Assembly: GCF_001194135.2 (NCBI RefSeq)
Contig: NC_068994.1
Span: forward strand, 35,281,389 to 35,330,609
From: Octopus bimaculoides
Lineage: Eukaryota
Direction: 5' to 3'
DNA: 49,221 nt
In this document: positions 1-12,589 of the stretch, in pieces
Layout: each line of letters begins with the position of its first letter
Numbering within the stretch: position 1 is the stretch's first letter
Program-made: the position numbers and the translations under genes
The notes under the pieces: model-generated
The model's database searches: none
The model's input: the letters and a program-made list of their open reading frames with translations, nothing else
What the model was told of the DNA's origin: nothing

Positions 1-149
1 TAGGTACCGCCAGCGAGTAGATAGGGCTCTTAATTGTAGATTTTAAATATTTGAGAGACAACAATGCATAAATCGTAATTTTTTAAAAGAGCAATGAATT
101 CTGGGTGATTAGAATATAACGTAGCATGAATTTAGGAAGCTTAGAAAAT

Positions 150-784
150 GAATAAGCATGAATTTAAGACAACAACTGAATTCAATTGAATTTCATGGAG
201 AGAAACAAGATAAATAATAGTGGGCAAAACTACAGCGCAAGGTATTGAGATGTTTGAGGCCGTAAATAAAGAAATTTTTTGTCCGCAGATGAAAACATGA
301 AAATTCATGAACTGATCTTGGGGGACCATCACTGAACAATTGACAAACTTGTTGATATATCTGGTGTGTCCTGGAGCTCCTGCTGACGAATTTTGAGCAA
401 AGAATTGTGAATGAAAAGAGTTGCAGCAAAATTTGTGCCTCACTTGCTCACAGAAGATCAAAAGTAGTCATGACTGAATGTGTGTCGTGAATTGAAAGAA
501 CAGTTGGAAATTGATCTGGACCTTTTTTTCAAAGGCCATCACTAGTGACAACTGCTTGTGCTACAGAATTTGCAGATGTGGAAGACATAAACAAAAAATG
601 ACGGAGGCGTTAAAAAGCATCACTTTGCAAGAGTTCCAGCACTGCTTCAAACAGTGGAAAATGCATCTGGACCGATGCATTGCTTCAAATGGAAAATACT
701 AAGAAGATGATGAAAGTGTAAACATAAAATTAAGAGAATAAAATAATATTGCAAAATTCCGGTTCCTTTTGGGTACCTCTTCAT
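150..784 (+). mobile_element. Internally deleted Tc1/mariner transposon remnant
   Basis: Broken frames give LGKTTAQGIEMF, ISGVSWSSC*RILSKEL*MKRVAAKFVPHLLTEDQK (HTH/WVPHxL-type linker) and the C-terminal EALKSITLQEFQHCFKQWKMHLDRCIASNGKY. The right end CCGGTTCCTTTTGGGTACCTCTTCATA is TIR-like and abuts (TA)n. The catalytic region is missing. Confidence 0.85.
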
Positions 785-824
785 ATGTGTATATATGTGT
801 GTGTATATGTATGTATGTATGTAT

Positions 825-882
<58 letters not shown>

Positions 883-907
883 ATGTATATGTGTGTGTGT
901 GTGTGTA
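785..907. repeat. Compound (TG)/(TATG)/(TA) microsatellite
   Basis: Directly visible. Confidence 0.95.
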
Positions 908-1005
908 TCATAATCATTATTTAGTGTCCTTTGTCTTCATGTTGGCATGGGTTGGATGCTTTAACAGGAGCAGACGAGCCTGAGAGCTCCACCAGGCTCT
1001 ATGTC
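908..1005 (-). mobile_element. Degenerate RTE-LINE 3' tail fragment
   Basis: CATGTTGGCATGGGTTGGA...CACCAGGCTC matches the tail of the RTE at 7462-8545. Confidence 0.6.
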
Positions 1006-1667
1006 TATATATATATATATTAAGGTGGTATACAGATTTTATGTATTAAAAAGGGTATAGTCAGAATTTTGGATAATTATTTATTTAGCACTTTCATGTC
1101 TTTTTGAAAGATTCATCATGCATGATCTATTTACAGAAAATTCATACCTTTTATATATATGAGAGTTAGTTGAAAATACCTTGTTGAATAGGAAAGAGAG
1201 TGTTCTTTGTTATTTTGAATCATGCATGCATGTATAACTGTGTACGTAAAAATGAATTCTTGAACTATCATTAATTTCTACCATCCCTAAAAAAGGCTTC
1301 TTTCTACAGCCTGGTAGCATGACAATTAACCAAAAATACAATGCAATTTCAATCATCACAGAAAAGACACCTTTCTGCCTTACTTTTTCTTTTTTGTTTT
1401 CCTTCCTTTTTCTTGCTTCCTGTCCATCTTTCTTTCTTTCTTGTCTTTCTTTTTCTCTCCCTAACCAAGCCTCCATACATTCACATCACACACATACATA
1501 TGCACACAAATATAAATGAACACATAGAGATTGAAAATAACAAAGTACATTCGCTTCCCTATTCAACTCTAAAATTTTTTATGAATAAATACTTCATGAT
1601 GAATCCTTCAAAAAGAGATGGGCATGCTAAGTAAATAATTATCAAAAGTTCTGACTACCTCCTTTCT

Positions 1668-1709
<42 letters not shown>

Positions 1710-2061
1710 TCATCAACATTGTTTGACATCTAACTTATATATATATTTATACATAAAAGTTTACAAGGACAGTAGAGTGAGCTATTCATTTTATTTCATA
1801 ATTCTACAATTGTTTCATTGATGCTTGGCAGAAAGTTTATTGCTAGAATATTATTTTATAATATACTAAATAACACATAAAAATAGTATTAGTCTAGTAA
1901 TCCTGGAAAATATCAACTTTTCATGTCTATGCATAAATTCCCTTTCTCTCCTCCAGAATTTTACACAGAACTTAGCTAATCACCAGTCTCCTCCAACATA
2001 ATCTCCTTGTATTATAATTAGCTGGATCTTTACTGAATTATGCTAATATTCTATTAGTTTA

Positions 2062-2260
2062 AGGTAGTAAGCTGGCAGAATTGTTAGCATGCCAAACTGT
2101 TTTTATGCTCTAAGTACAAATTCTTCAGGGTCAACTTTGCCTTTCATCCTTTCAGAGTCAATAAGATAAGTACTGCTTCAGAACTGGAGTTGATGTAATC
2201 AACCTAACCCCTCCCCCAGAGTTTCTGGCCTTGTGCCAAAATTTGAAATCACTATTCTAT
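2062..2260 (+). mobile_element. Degenerate SINE-like repeat (same family as 13053-13273)
   Basis: Shares AGCTGGCAGAA..GTTAGCA, GTCAACTTTGCCTTTCATCCTTTC and GATGTAATCAAC with the 13053 copy. Confidence 0.7.
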
Positions 2261-2267
2261 TAGTTCG

Positions 2268-2570
2268 TGGAGGCACAATGGCCCAGTGGTTAGGGCAGCG
2301 GACTCGCGGTCGGAGGATTGCAGTTTTGATTCCCAGACCAGGCGTTGTGAGTGTTTATTGAGCGAAAACACCTAAGCTCCACGAGGCTCCAGCAGGGGGT
2401 AGTGGCAACCCCTGTTGTACTCTTTCGCCCTAACTTTCTCTCACTCTTTCTTCCTGTTTCTTGAGTAACGCTGCGATGGACTGGCATCCTGTCCAGCTGG
2501 GGGGGAACACATACGCCATAGAAACCGGGCTTATGAGCCTGGCTAGGCTTTGAAAGGGCGATGTTTATCA
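2268..2570 (+). mobile_element. tRNA-derived SINE
   Basis: A-box TGGCCCAGTGG (2279), degenerate B-box AGTTTTGATTCCC, GC-rich body with GCGATGGACTGGCATCCTGTCCAG. Confidence 0.8.
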
Positions 2571-3567
2571 TTTTATTCTATTAGTTCAGTAATATTTTTT
2601 TGGAATAATTTTATCAAGATTAATTAAGAGAATAAACAGCTAACATTGAATTTAAAGTGATATGGTACAATAAATGGCTTTTAGAGCAGCATCAGCAGAT
2701 GCCTTTGAATATGTTTTCATAGGGTCAAATGTTATGTTTGGTGCCTACTATTTACTGTATTTGACTAAATTTTGCCACTACAGGCCTTTGCTGATGAGAC
2801 CACTAGGCTTAATAACTTCTTTAAGACATTAATGCCTTTAAATGTCCTTATATTTATGAGCTTATTCCATTATTCACCTTTCAAAATTGACAGGATGAGG
2901 ACACACCCACCTTAAATTCCTTAAATGCTAGTATTTCTGAATGGAAATTTCACTTGTTGATTAATCAGTAAGTTACTGCTCACTTGTTATTTGGTTGCCT
3001 GATAAGTTAGAAGTTATGTAATGTATTACACACTCTAATTGTATTATGCTTATGTCACAATAAAGACACCTAATGAAACAATTGTAACAATACCAGATAA
3101 TCCATCCATCTGTTCTTTTTTTTTTTTTAACACTATTCTTAAGTCTCTATTCGTTATTGGATAAATTCTGATATTTTTGGATACAACTGAAACTGTGAAT
3201 TAGCTAACAACTGTGAGCTTCCCTCACTGATGCATTCCATGCTAAGAAAATGGATTATTTAACTCTCTGTTTTGCGTCATTCTGTCTAGTCAATTTATGG
3301 TGGTATGCTTCACTTCAATACGCCTTGATCCTTTATGGCTCCCCTGCAATCATAACTACAAACACTTATACACACACACATGCATATGTTATATATACAT
3401 ATGCATGTACATACATATACATACACATATATATATACACACACACACACACACATATGATTACGTTTTCATGTGCACATATACGATGCACATAATGTAT
3501 ATAAAATTATATCTCTTTCTACCAGTCTATCTATCTAGCTGTGAATCTATTGATTTCTCTCTCTGTG

Positions 3568-3571
<4 letters not shown>

Positions 3572-3640
<69 letters not shown>
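3572..3640. repeat. (TA)n microsatellite
   Basis: Directly visible. Confidence 0.95.
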
Positions 3641-3644
<4 letters not shown>

Positions 3645-3756
3645 GAATATTTTTTTATTTTAATTTTTTATGTGTGTGTGTGTGTGTAGGTAAGAACTAA
3701 GGATCTTTCATTCTGCAATACTAAGTGAGTTTGTGGGATAAAAGACCCTGGTTAGC

Positions 3757-3790
<34 letters not shown>

Positions 3791-5163
3791 AATACATATA
3801 TACATGTATATATTTGTGCATGTGTGTGTATGTATGCATACATGTATGTATATATTTTCTATGATTGGGGGGGGGGGCTATTTGTTGAAAACAAAAAAAT
3901 TGTTGTGTTATAAAGCCTCAGTGAAACCATAACATACAGATCTAACTGATGCTATACCACATATAGACCTATCTACTTAACCCTTTAACTGCAAATTTAA
4001 ATTTCATGGTTACTCCAGTAATGATATTAAATATCTATCAAAAAGTGGAATTGGTTTGTTTGTTTTCTCCTGCAAGTCACGTTGCTTCCATAAACTTGAC
4101 ACATCTCAATAGAAAATATTTTCAAATATGACATTCTTCAACAAAAGATAGATTGGTGAATAAAACTGCTTTCTGCAGTTAAGGCTAATGAAATTTTGAA
4201 TGGATATATCTGATTTCTGCAGTAAAAGAGTTAAGATCAGAATGGATAAAAATGGATGCTAAAAGTATACTGCTGCTACTGAGGATGATGATGGTGGTGG
4301 TGGTTGTGGTGACGGAGGAGGAGGAAAATGACGACAACAATGACACAGCACTGACAACATCAGTGATAACAATCATGATTGCTTAATCATACTGTTTAAC
4401 TAAATCTATGTTAAGCCTGACTCTTCAAAACAGTGAGAAAATGTGTTCGAACTAGGAGCATTCCTTCAGTTTCGTATTTTGGGGCAGTGTTTCTCTGTAT
4501 CCAACTCATTCCCTATCTATCTCTAATCATTTGTCACACTACTCTCACTATAGCGTACTTACTTACCCATCCAACTTTTTTGATCTCCTATCCTAATCTG
4601 TCTTTCATATTCAACTTATACAATGACCTCACATCTCTCCCTCTCTCTCTCTCTCACCCTCCCACACACTCTCTCTTTCTATCTATCTATCTATCTCCAT
4701 TTCTGGTTCCATACAGGGAAGTCATGTATCTATCTTTTCAGCAAGACACCTACTTCTGTCCCTCTATACTTACTTCTTTATCCCTCAGTACGATACCCCA
4801 GTCAGTTGAGGGGTCTTGTCTTGCTAGTTCTTGGTGACCAGAGAAATGTTGCTGGTGTTTCTAGCTGCTTTAGTGACCACATAGAGGCCTCTCTTCTTGA
4901 CTCAATATGTTTGTACTTATGTGTGACATATATGTATGTGGGATATGTATATATTACATGCATACATGATATATGTATGCATGTAATATGTATGTAAGCA
5001 TGTTTGCATAAATGTATGGTGTACATATATATGTATGTATTTATGTTAAGTGTGTGTGTTTATATCTATGCATGTATATATGTATGTATGCTATGTGTGT
5101 GTGTATGAATGTGGCATATATATGGTGTGTGTGTATGACATGTATGCATATATGTATAGTTGT

Positions 5164-5204
<41 letters not shown>

Positions 5205-5951
5205 CATATATGTACAATTTATAAAACATTTCACTAACGTTAGCATGAAAAAAATTTGAGGTAAAGTGATGCAAAATAGAAAAAATAAAATGGAGAAAAG
5301 AGGAAAGAAAGACAGAAAAAAAAATCCAAGAAATAAAAACCAGAACCTATTATTCGTTGCATGAAACATGTTATTGTAAATTCTTCTTCCAAAGCCTTCA
5401 GCATCACAAACATTCTTCACTGTGTTGCTGTGATGTCTAAGCTTATTCTTCCATGATAATTCTATGCATGGGTAGCTTGATTACAATGTGAGAAAGAAGT
5501 CACCCTTATGTGGCTGAAGGAGAATTGTTTTTAATATTTTTTCTGGTTTTTGTTTGAAGTATTTATCTGAATATTTCTTAGAGAAATGTTCAGTTGCGAG
5601 TTATCGCAAATTCACCAAGGCTTGAAATATATACAAGACGTCAGGTGGTAGAGACATGTTTGAATATTATTAAACTTTTCTTATACACCTTCATCTTTGT
5701 TATGTCTCTTAATGTGTGTAGAAGTGCCTACAAGTGCATGTGCATATATGTATCTGCATATGTATGTGTGTATGCATGTGTATGTGTGTGTTTGTGTGTG
5801 TACTTATAAGTATGTGTGTGTAAATGAGCAAGTTTGATTTAGCAGTTGGATATGTTAAGGTATTGAAATTTTAAATTTTCATTGAAATCTGTAAAATGAA
5901 TTTGTTCAAATGAAGACTTGGAATATTTCTTCACACAAACTACACTATTAC

Positions 5952-5982
<31 letters not shown>

Positions 5983-6005
5983 AACACACACATCTATACA
6001 TCCAT

Positions 6006-6042
<37 letters not shown>

Positions 6043-6044
<2 letters not shown>

Positions 6045-6253
6045 AGAGTAAGCATATGAATGGGAAACAAGGTGGAAAAAATGGTACTCGAATACCAGAG
6101 GTAGAGTAATGTGCTTCATTAAAAAAGCAGCAAAGATATCACAAAAATTGTTACTTAAGAGATTCACGTTCCCATTCGTTGGATAGTTTTGAAAACCGTC
6201 CAATGAATGGGAACGTGAAACAGTTTTCGTGATATCTTTGCTGCTTTTTTAAT
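6043..6253. repeat. Short repeat ending in a 136-bp palindrome made of two degenerate hammerhead-like units (Penelope-like pLTR remnant)
   Basis: 6118-6190 and 6192-6253 are reverse complements around G6191; each arm carries a decayed core/ATG-GGAA-CGT/GAAA(T) motif. Confidence 0.6.
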
Positions 6254-6577
6254 CAAGTATATACATATATATATATTATAATGAAATAATTACTATGAAG
6301 CTAGCTGGTTGCTATAGCAACACCTTTCTGCACATGTCCACTCCGCACATGCTCACACACATGCACATCGGCAACATTCATCAATTTCTTGAAAATGGGG
6401 TCATAACCCCAAAATATTGAATACAAAGTAAGTCTACATTAATTCACATATTTGTTTTCTTGTGATTTACCTTGCATTTACTTCACATTGTTTTGGCCTT
6501 ATTCACGATATTTTATACGATATATATATATATATATATTAATAAAAGTGTACAGAATTATATAATCATTATAGCTG

Positions 6578-6617
6578 CTCTTATCAATTGGTTTCACACT
6601 AAGTGTTGAACAGAGTG
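6578..6617 (-). ncRNA. Degenerate minimal type I hammerhead-like motif
   Basis: Minus strand reads CACT-CTGTTCA-ACAC-TTA-GTGT-GAAA-CCAATTGA-TA-AGAG; the core has two substitutions relative to CUGAUGA. Confidence 0.4.
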
Positions 6618-7461
6618 TTAGGTAACAACCCAATTATGTAAACCTGCNNNNNNNNNNNNNNNNNNNNNNNNNNNNNNNNNNNNNNNNNNNNNNNNNNNNN
6701 NNNNNNNNNNNNNNNNNNNNNNNNNNNNNNNNNNNNNNNNNNNNNNNNNNNNNNNNNNNNNNNNNNNNNNNNNNNNNNNNNNNNNNNNNNNNNNNNNNNN
6801 NNNNNNNNNNNNNNNNNNNNNNNNNNNNNNNNNNNNNNNNNNNNNNNNNNNNNNNNNNNNNNNNNNNNNNNNNNNNNNNNNNNNNNNNNNNNNNNNNNNN
6901 NNNNNNNNNNNNNNNNNNNNNNNNNNNNNNNNNNNNNNNNNNNNNNNNNNNNNNNNNNNNNNNNNNNNNNNNNNNNNNNNNNNNNNNNNNNNNNNNNNNN
7001 NNNNNNNNNNNNNNNNNNNNNNNNNNNNNNNNNNNNNNNNNNNNNNNNNNNNNNNNNNNNNNNNNNNNNNNNNNNNNNNNNNNNNNNNNNNNNNNNNNNN
7101 NNNNNNNNNNNNNNNNNNNNNNNNNNNNNNNNNNNNNNNNNNNNNNNNNNNNNNNNNNNNNNNNNNNNNNNNNNNNNNNNNNNNNNNNNNNNNNNNNNNN
7201 NNNNNNNNNNNNNNNNNNNNNNNNNNNNNNNNNNNNNNNNNNNNNNNNNNNNNNNNNNNNNNNNNNNNNNNNNNNNNNNNNNNNNNNNNNNNNNNNNNNN
7301 NNNNNNNNNNNNNNNNNNNNNNNNNNNNNNNNNNNNNNNNNNNNNNNNNNNNNNNNNNNNNNNNNNNNNNNNNNNNNNNNNNNNNNNNNNNNNNNNNNNN
7401 NNNNNNNNNNNNNNNNNNNNNNNNNNNNNNNNNNNNNNNNNNTATATATATATATATATAT

Positions 7462-8545
7462 CATCATCGTTTAACATCCATTTTCCATGCTGGCATGGGT
7501 TGGATGGTTTGACTGGGGTCTGGAAAGCCAGGAGGCTGCACCAGGCACAAATCTGATCTGGCAATGTTTCTACAGCTGGATACCCTTCCTAACACCAACC
7601 ACTCCGAAAGTGTAGTGGATGATTTTTATGTGCCACTGGCACAGGGGCCAGAGGGGGCTGGCATCGACCATGATCGGATGATGCTTTTTACGTGCCACTA
7701 GCACAGAAGCCAGTCAGAGTGAGGGGGCTGGCATCAACTACATTCAGATGGTGCTTTCTATGTGCCACAGGCATGGGAACCACAACCACAATTTCCATTT
7801 GATTGTGATTTGATTTCATTTTGATGTTGATACACTTGACTCAATAGGTCTCCTCAAGCATGGCATGTCACCCTACGATCAAAGGGTACTTTTTGAGTTG
7901 GTTGGTTATGCAACACTGGTGTAGGTTACAGCTGTGATTTCACTTTATTTGCCAGGTCTTCTCAGTCACAGCATATCTCCAGAAGTCTCTATCTTTTGTC
8001 ATTTCCTCTGTGAAGCTCAACGTTCGAAGATCATGCTTCACCACTTCATCCCATGTCTTCCTGGGTCTCCCTCTACCCCAGATTCCTTCCACGGTTTGGA
8101 AGTGGCACTTCTTCACACAGCTCTCCTCATTCATCTGTAGTACATGACCATACCAACGCAAACGTCTCTCTTGCATGCCACATCCAATGCTTCTTATGTC
8201 CAACATTTCTCTCAGGGTGCTTACACGCTGTTGTGTGTGCACACTAACATTACACATCCAGCAGTTCATCTTAGCTTCATTTCTTTTGAGCCTACGCATG
8301 CCTTCAGCAGTCACAGCCCATGTTTCACTGCCATGAAGCATGGCAGTTCGCACACATGCATCATACAATCTACCTTTCACTCTGAGCAAGAGGCCCTTTG
8401 TCACCAGTAGGGGTAGAAGCTGTCTGAACTTTGCCCAGGCAATTCTTATTCTAGTGGTAACGCTCTCTGAGCATCCAGCCCCACTACTGACTTGGTCCCC
8501 TAGGTAGCGGAAACTACTTCTAGATTCTCCCCCTGGCATGTGATG
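7462..8545 (-). mobile_element. 5'-truncated RTE-clade LINE (post-RT C-terminus and 3' UTR)
   Basis: ORF 7940-8539: FRYLGDQVS...RIRIAWAKFRQLLPLL...YDACVRTAMLHGSETW...RRLRWYGHV...GRGRPRKTW; 3' UTR ends in a (GAT)n tail at ~7462. Confidence 0.95.
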
Positions 8546-8559
8546 GAATCGACTTGTCT

Positions 8560-8745
8560 TGATATAGTGTGATGGTCATAAACATATGTGGCCATCCATA
8601 AAAGTGATGTCATTAATTACCACACTTCCATAAAATCATGTCTGGCTATAGGAAAATGTTACTTTCCTTGGAAAGAAGTGAAGGTTGGCAACAGGAAGAG
8701 CATCGAGCTGTAGAAAATCTGCATCGATAAATTTTGTCTATACAA
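8560..8745 (+). mobile_element. Short repeat carrying an RTE-tail-like segment
   Basis: GGTTGGCAACAGGAAGAGCATCGAGCTGTAGAAAATCTGC resembles the AGGAAGGGCATCCAGCTGTAGAAA motif of the RTE tail. Confidence 0.5.
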
Positions 8746-8989
8746 GTGAGTGCATGTGTTTGAATGTGTGTGTCATACTTCTCGACAACTTGTGTGGGCA
8801 TTTATAAGTCCCCTGTAAAAATAGAAGTTTGGCAAAATGAGACTCATAGAACGAGTACCAAGTTTCAAAATAAGCATTGAGGTTGATCTGACTGAATAAA
8901 GCCCAACAAGGTAGAGCCACAACATGACCAGAGTCTGTGACTATGTTGTGGTGCAGACTGTGGCATAGACTGTGATTTTGATACAGAGA

Positions 8990-9470
8990 TGGTTGCATAA
9001 CTGAAAGCATGACTGTGTGGTTTAGAAGTGTGCTTTGCAACTGCATGGTTTTAGATTCAGTTCCAATGTGCAGTACCTTGGGCAAATGTGACCAATACCT
9101 TGTGAGTGAAAGAGGAAACTGTGTGGAAGCTGTGTGGTAAGAAGTTTAATTCCCAACCACATGGTTCTCGGGTCAGTCCCACTGTGTGGAAACTTGGGCA
9201 AGTGTCTCCTCCTATAGCCTCGGGCTGACCAAATTCTTGTGAGTGGATTTGGTAGACAGAAACTGCAAGAAGCCTGTTGTATGTATGTGTGTGTGTGTGT
9301 GTTTGTGTGTTTGTATCTATGTGTGTGTGTCTTCGTATCTGTGTCTGTCCCCCCATTACTGCTTGACAACTGGTGTGGTGTGTTTACATCCCTCTAACTT
9401 AATGGTTCGGCAAAAGATATATAGGATAAGTACTAGGCTTCAAAAATTAGTTGATTTGTGTGAATAAAAT
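8990..9470 (+). mobile_element. tRNA/CORE-like SINE with a tandem second degenerate head
   Basis: 9120-9470 aligns to the 36172-36573 copy (GGTCAGTCCCACTG..TTGGGCAAGTGTCT..CTATAGCCTCGGG..GTGAGTGGATTTGGTAGAC); 8990-9110 is a more decayed head. Confidence 0.8.
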
Positions 9471-10356
9471 CCCTCAAGACGATGCTTCGGCAAGGCCACA
9501 GTCGAATGACAGAAACAAATAAAAGAATATTTTACTGTTCTGTTAAGGTAAGATCAAGAAAAAAAGTACTCCATTCATGTGACATAAATATCATTAAATG
9601 TAGACGGTATAAAGATATGAGCTGCAAATAGTTTTTGCTGTGAAGGCACATGTCCAGGCAGGTTTTTATAACATGATTTGTATCTCAAAGCAGTCTTTGA
9701 GCTCTGAGTGCATAGTCTGTTCATGCATATATATGTAAATCACTTTTTAAAGTTATCTCTACAGATTTTCTTTTGAAGCTAGAGCCAGTACTGAAAGTTA
9801 CAATGTTTCATACATGAATACATCTTTGTAAACAAAGTGATTGAAGAGAGGAGAAAAAAATGTAGGTTATAGGTGTATATGCATATTTCAAGAGTTCTTG
9901 TTCCTTCTTCGGCACTACAATCAATCCATTAACCATCTATAAACACATTACTTAAATAGCCAGTAAATTTAGTCATGTGATACAATTGGATACTAATAAT
10001 TTTACATATTCCTGGCAACCAGCATGTACGTATCATGTGCTGGGAGGGACACCATATTTCGTTATGCATATACACCCATTACCTAAATTCTTTTTATCTT
10101 TGATTGCATTGTTTGCATTGATGTATTTGTATACAAAATGTCATAACTTTCAATGCTAGCTCTAATTACTACAAAAAATTTGTAGAGATAAATTTAATAA
10201 GTTACTAAATCGCATTGCTAACACAGGTAGGATATAATATTGACTTATAAGCCCTCAATATCCTTGGTATTATGTTATGGCTCCATAAGGAAATAATGTG
10301 TCCCTACCAGTAATTAATATGTGTATATATATATATATATATGTATGTGTATAGAC

Positions 10357-11074
10357 ATCATCATCATCATCGTTTAACGTCCGCCTTCCATGCTAGCATG
10401 GGTTGGACGATTTGACTGAGGACTGGTGAAACCGGATGGCAACACCAGGCTCCAATCTAATTTGGCAGAGTTTCTACAGCTGGATGCCCTTCCTAACGCC
10501 AACCACTCAGAGAGTGTAGTGGGTGTTTTTACGTGTCACCCGCACGAAAACGGCCACGCTCGAAAATGGTGTCTTTTATGTGCCACCCGCACAAGAGGCA
10601 GTCCAGGGGCACTGGCAACGATCCCGCTCGAAAGATTTCATGTGTCGCCCGCACATGAGCCAGTGTNNNNNNNNNNNNNNNNNNNNNNNNNNNNNNNNNN
10701 NNNNNNNNNNNNNNNNNNNNNNNNNNNNNNNNNNNNNNNNNNNNNNNNNNNNNNNNNNNNNNNNNNNNNNNNNNNNNNNNNNNNNNNNNNNNNNNNNNNN
10801 NNNNNNNNNNNNNNGATCCTGCTCGAAAAAACCTCATGTGTCATCCGCACAAGAGCCGGCCCAGGGGCGTCGCCCGCACATGGGCCAGTCCAGGGGCACT
10901 GGCAACGAACCCGCTCAAACAATTCATGTGTCACCCGCACAAGAGTCAGTCCAGGGGCACCAGCAACGATCTCGCTCGAAAGATATCATATGTCGCCCGC
11001 ACATGAGCCAGTCCAGGGGCACTGGCAACGATCCCGCTCGAAAGATTTCATGTGTCGCCCGCACATGAGCCAGT
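10357..11074 (-). mobile_element. RTE 3' tail with expanded 61-62 bp GC-rich tandem array (gapped)
   Basis: (CAT)n-CGTTTAACGTCCG..CCATGCTAGCATGGGTTGG tail; units TCCAGGGGCACTGGCAACGATCCCGCTCGAAAGATTTCATGTGTCGCCCGCACATGAGCCAG start at 10602, 10889, 10950 and 11012. Confidence 0.85.
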
Positions 11075-11194
11075 GTCTCTGTGTATGTGTTAGTCCCCCA
11101 CCACTTGACAGCCATTGCTGCCTTGTTTACATACTGGTAACTTAGTTGTTCAGCAAAAGAGACCAACAGAATAAGGACCAGGCCTTCCAAAAGA

Positions 11195-11225
<31 letters not shown>

Positions 11226-11310
11226 TAAGTACTGGGGTTGATTTCTTTGACAAAACAGTTCAAGGTGGTGCACCAGCATGGCCAGAGTCTAGTGACTGAA
11301 GCAAGCAAAA
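11075..11310 (+). mobile_element. 3' half of CORE-like SINE
   Basis: Matches 36360-36570 (CTTGACA..,GCAAAAGAGACC..AGAATAAG, AAGTACTGGGGTTGATTT, CCAGCATGGCC). Confidence 0.7.
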
Positions 11311-11456
11311 GATAAAAGATATATATTGCACTTTGCTAAGAATGAATACACATGCACCATCAGAGTGCATTAAAAACACAATAAATAAATATCCTAGCAT
11401 TTTGCTACTTGCTTCAATAACTCATAGCACACCTGTAGATCACATGCAACTCACTT

Positions 11457-11687
11457 GTTTGTAGAGGTGCGGCAGTTGAAAATTTCTTCTATGCAGTCAG
11501 AAGACTAACGTCCTTAGTGGTTTGTACCTGTATAACCCAATATATGTTGTAGCATATTAGTTTATAGTGAACAGAGTATAAAAGAAGCAAAAATTGATCA
11601 TTGTACAATTTCTGAATTCATCTTTGATGCTATCAACTCATATATATATATATATGTATATGTGTGTGTGTATATATATATATACGC

Positions 11688-11745
<58 letters not shown>

Positions 11746-11986
11746 NNNNNNNNNNNNNNNNNNNNNNNNNNNNNNNNNNNNNNNNNNNNNNNNNNNNNNN
11801 NNNNNNTGTAGAGGTGCGGCAGTTGAAAATTTCTTCTATGCAGTCAGAAGACTAACGTCCTTAGTGGTTTGTACCTGTATAACCCAATATATGTTGTAGC
11901 ATATTAGTTTATAGTGAACAGAGTATAAAAGAAGCAAAAATTGATCATTGTACAATTTCTGAATTCATCTTTGATGCTATCAACTC

Positions 11987-12000
<14 letters not shown>
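11457..12000. repeat. ~190 bp direct duplication across an N-gap (11457-11650 / 11807-12000), probable assembly artefact
   Basis: Identical sequence starting TGTAGAGGTGCGGCAGTTG on both sides of the gap, next to (TG)n. Confidence 0.8.
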
Positions 12001-12019
<19 letters not shown>

Positions 12020-12589
12020 CACACGCACACACACACACGCATATAAACATACTGAGAGAAACTAGTGCATTAGCATCAACGTGCCTGAAATATGAATAAT
12101 TAGAATTATTGGATATGATGGATGGCAGCCATGAAATTTTACCTTCAGCAGAGAAAATATATACAAAACCACATCTACAATGTGACTTTAATCATTTCTT
12201 CTGGATGCTTGCTCATGTGGCAGGTGTTGTGTTTTGTACTTTGTTACCATAAACTTAATCAGGATGTCACCAGTCTTCTGACAGATGGCATTGAAGCTAA
12301 AGATAGAATGCAGTAGTACTAAATATTTCTATTCTTTATCTTTTGTCCTTAACTTGTTTCAGTCATTAGACTGTGGTCATGCTGGGGCACCACCTTGAAG
12401 GATTTAACCCTTAAGCGTTCAGTGTATGCTGTCAAATCTAATACTTATTTACTCATACTATTTAGAATTAATCATGCATTATCTTCTAGCTTTGAGATTT
12501 CGATGTCATTGTTTACTTCTAGAACAACATTGTAGGGTAAGTGTGAGAGGCTAGATTTGGCCAGTTTAAACACTAAAGGGTTAATCAAA

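Noticed and set aside
1030-1130. Minus-strand ATGATGA-ATCTTT-CAA-AAAGAC-ATGAAA, hammerhead-like, with partial inverted similarity to 1630-1760
   Set aside because: Core and stems I/III are too decayed to support a call by eye.
2790-2830. CTGATGAGACCACTAGG resembling a hammerhead 5' half
   Set aside because: No GAAA or pairing stem I follows.
2894-2967. Possible exon (GACAG| ... CA|GTAAGT; DEDTPTLNSLNASISEWKFHLLIN)
   Set aside because: Weak pyrimidine tract, no recognisable peptide and no phase-compatible partner found; splice-like motifs are common by chance.
5567-5650. Two adjacent small hairpins plus CTTG-AAATATATA-CAAG
   Set aside because: Possibly a PLE-type remnant, but both hammerhead core segments are absent.
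10540-11074. Regular 62-bp repeats as a CRISPR-like array
   Set aside because: No unique spacers, eukaryotic context, contiguous with an RTE 3' UTR.
11457-12000. Apparent tandem duplication
   Set aside because: Identical copies flanking an N-gap at a microsatellite are a typical scaffold overlap artefact.
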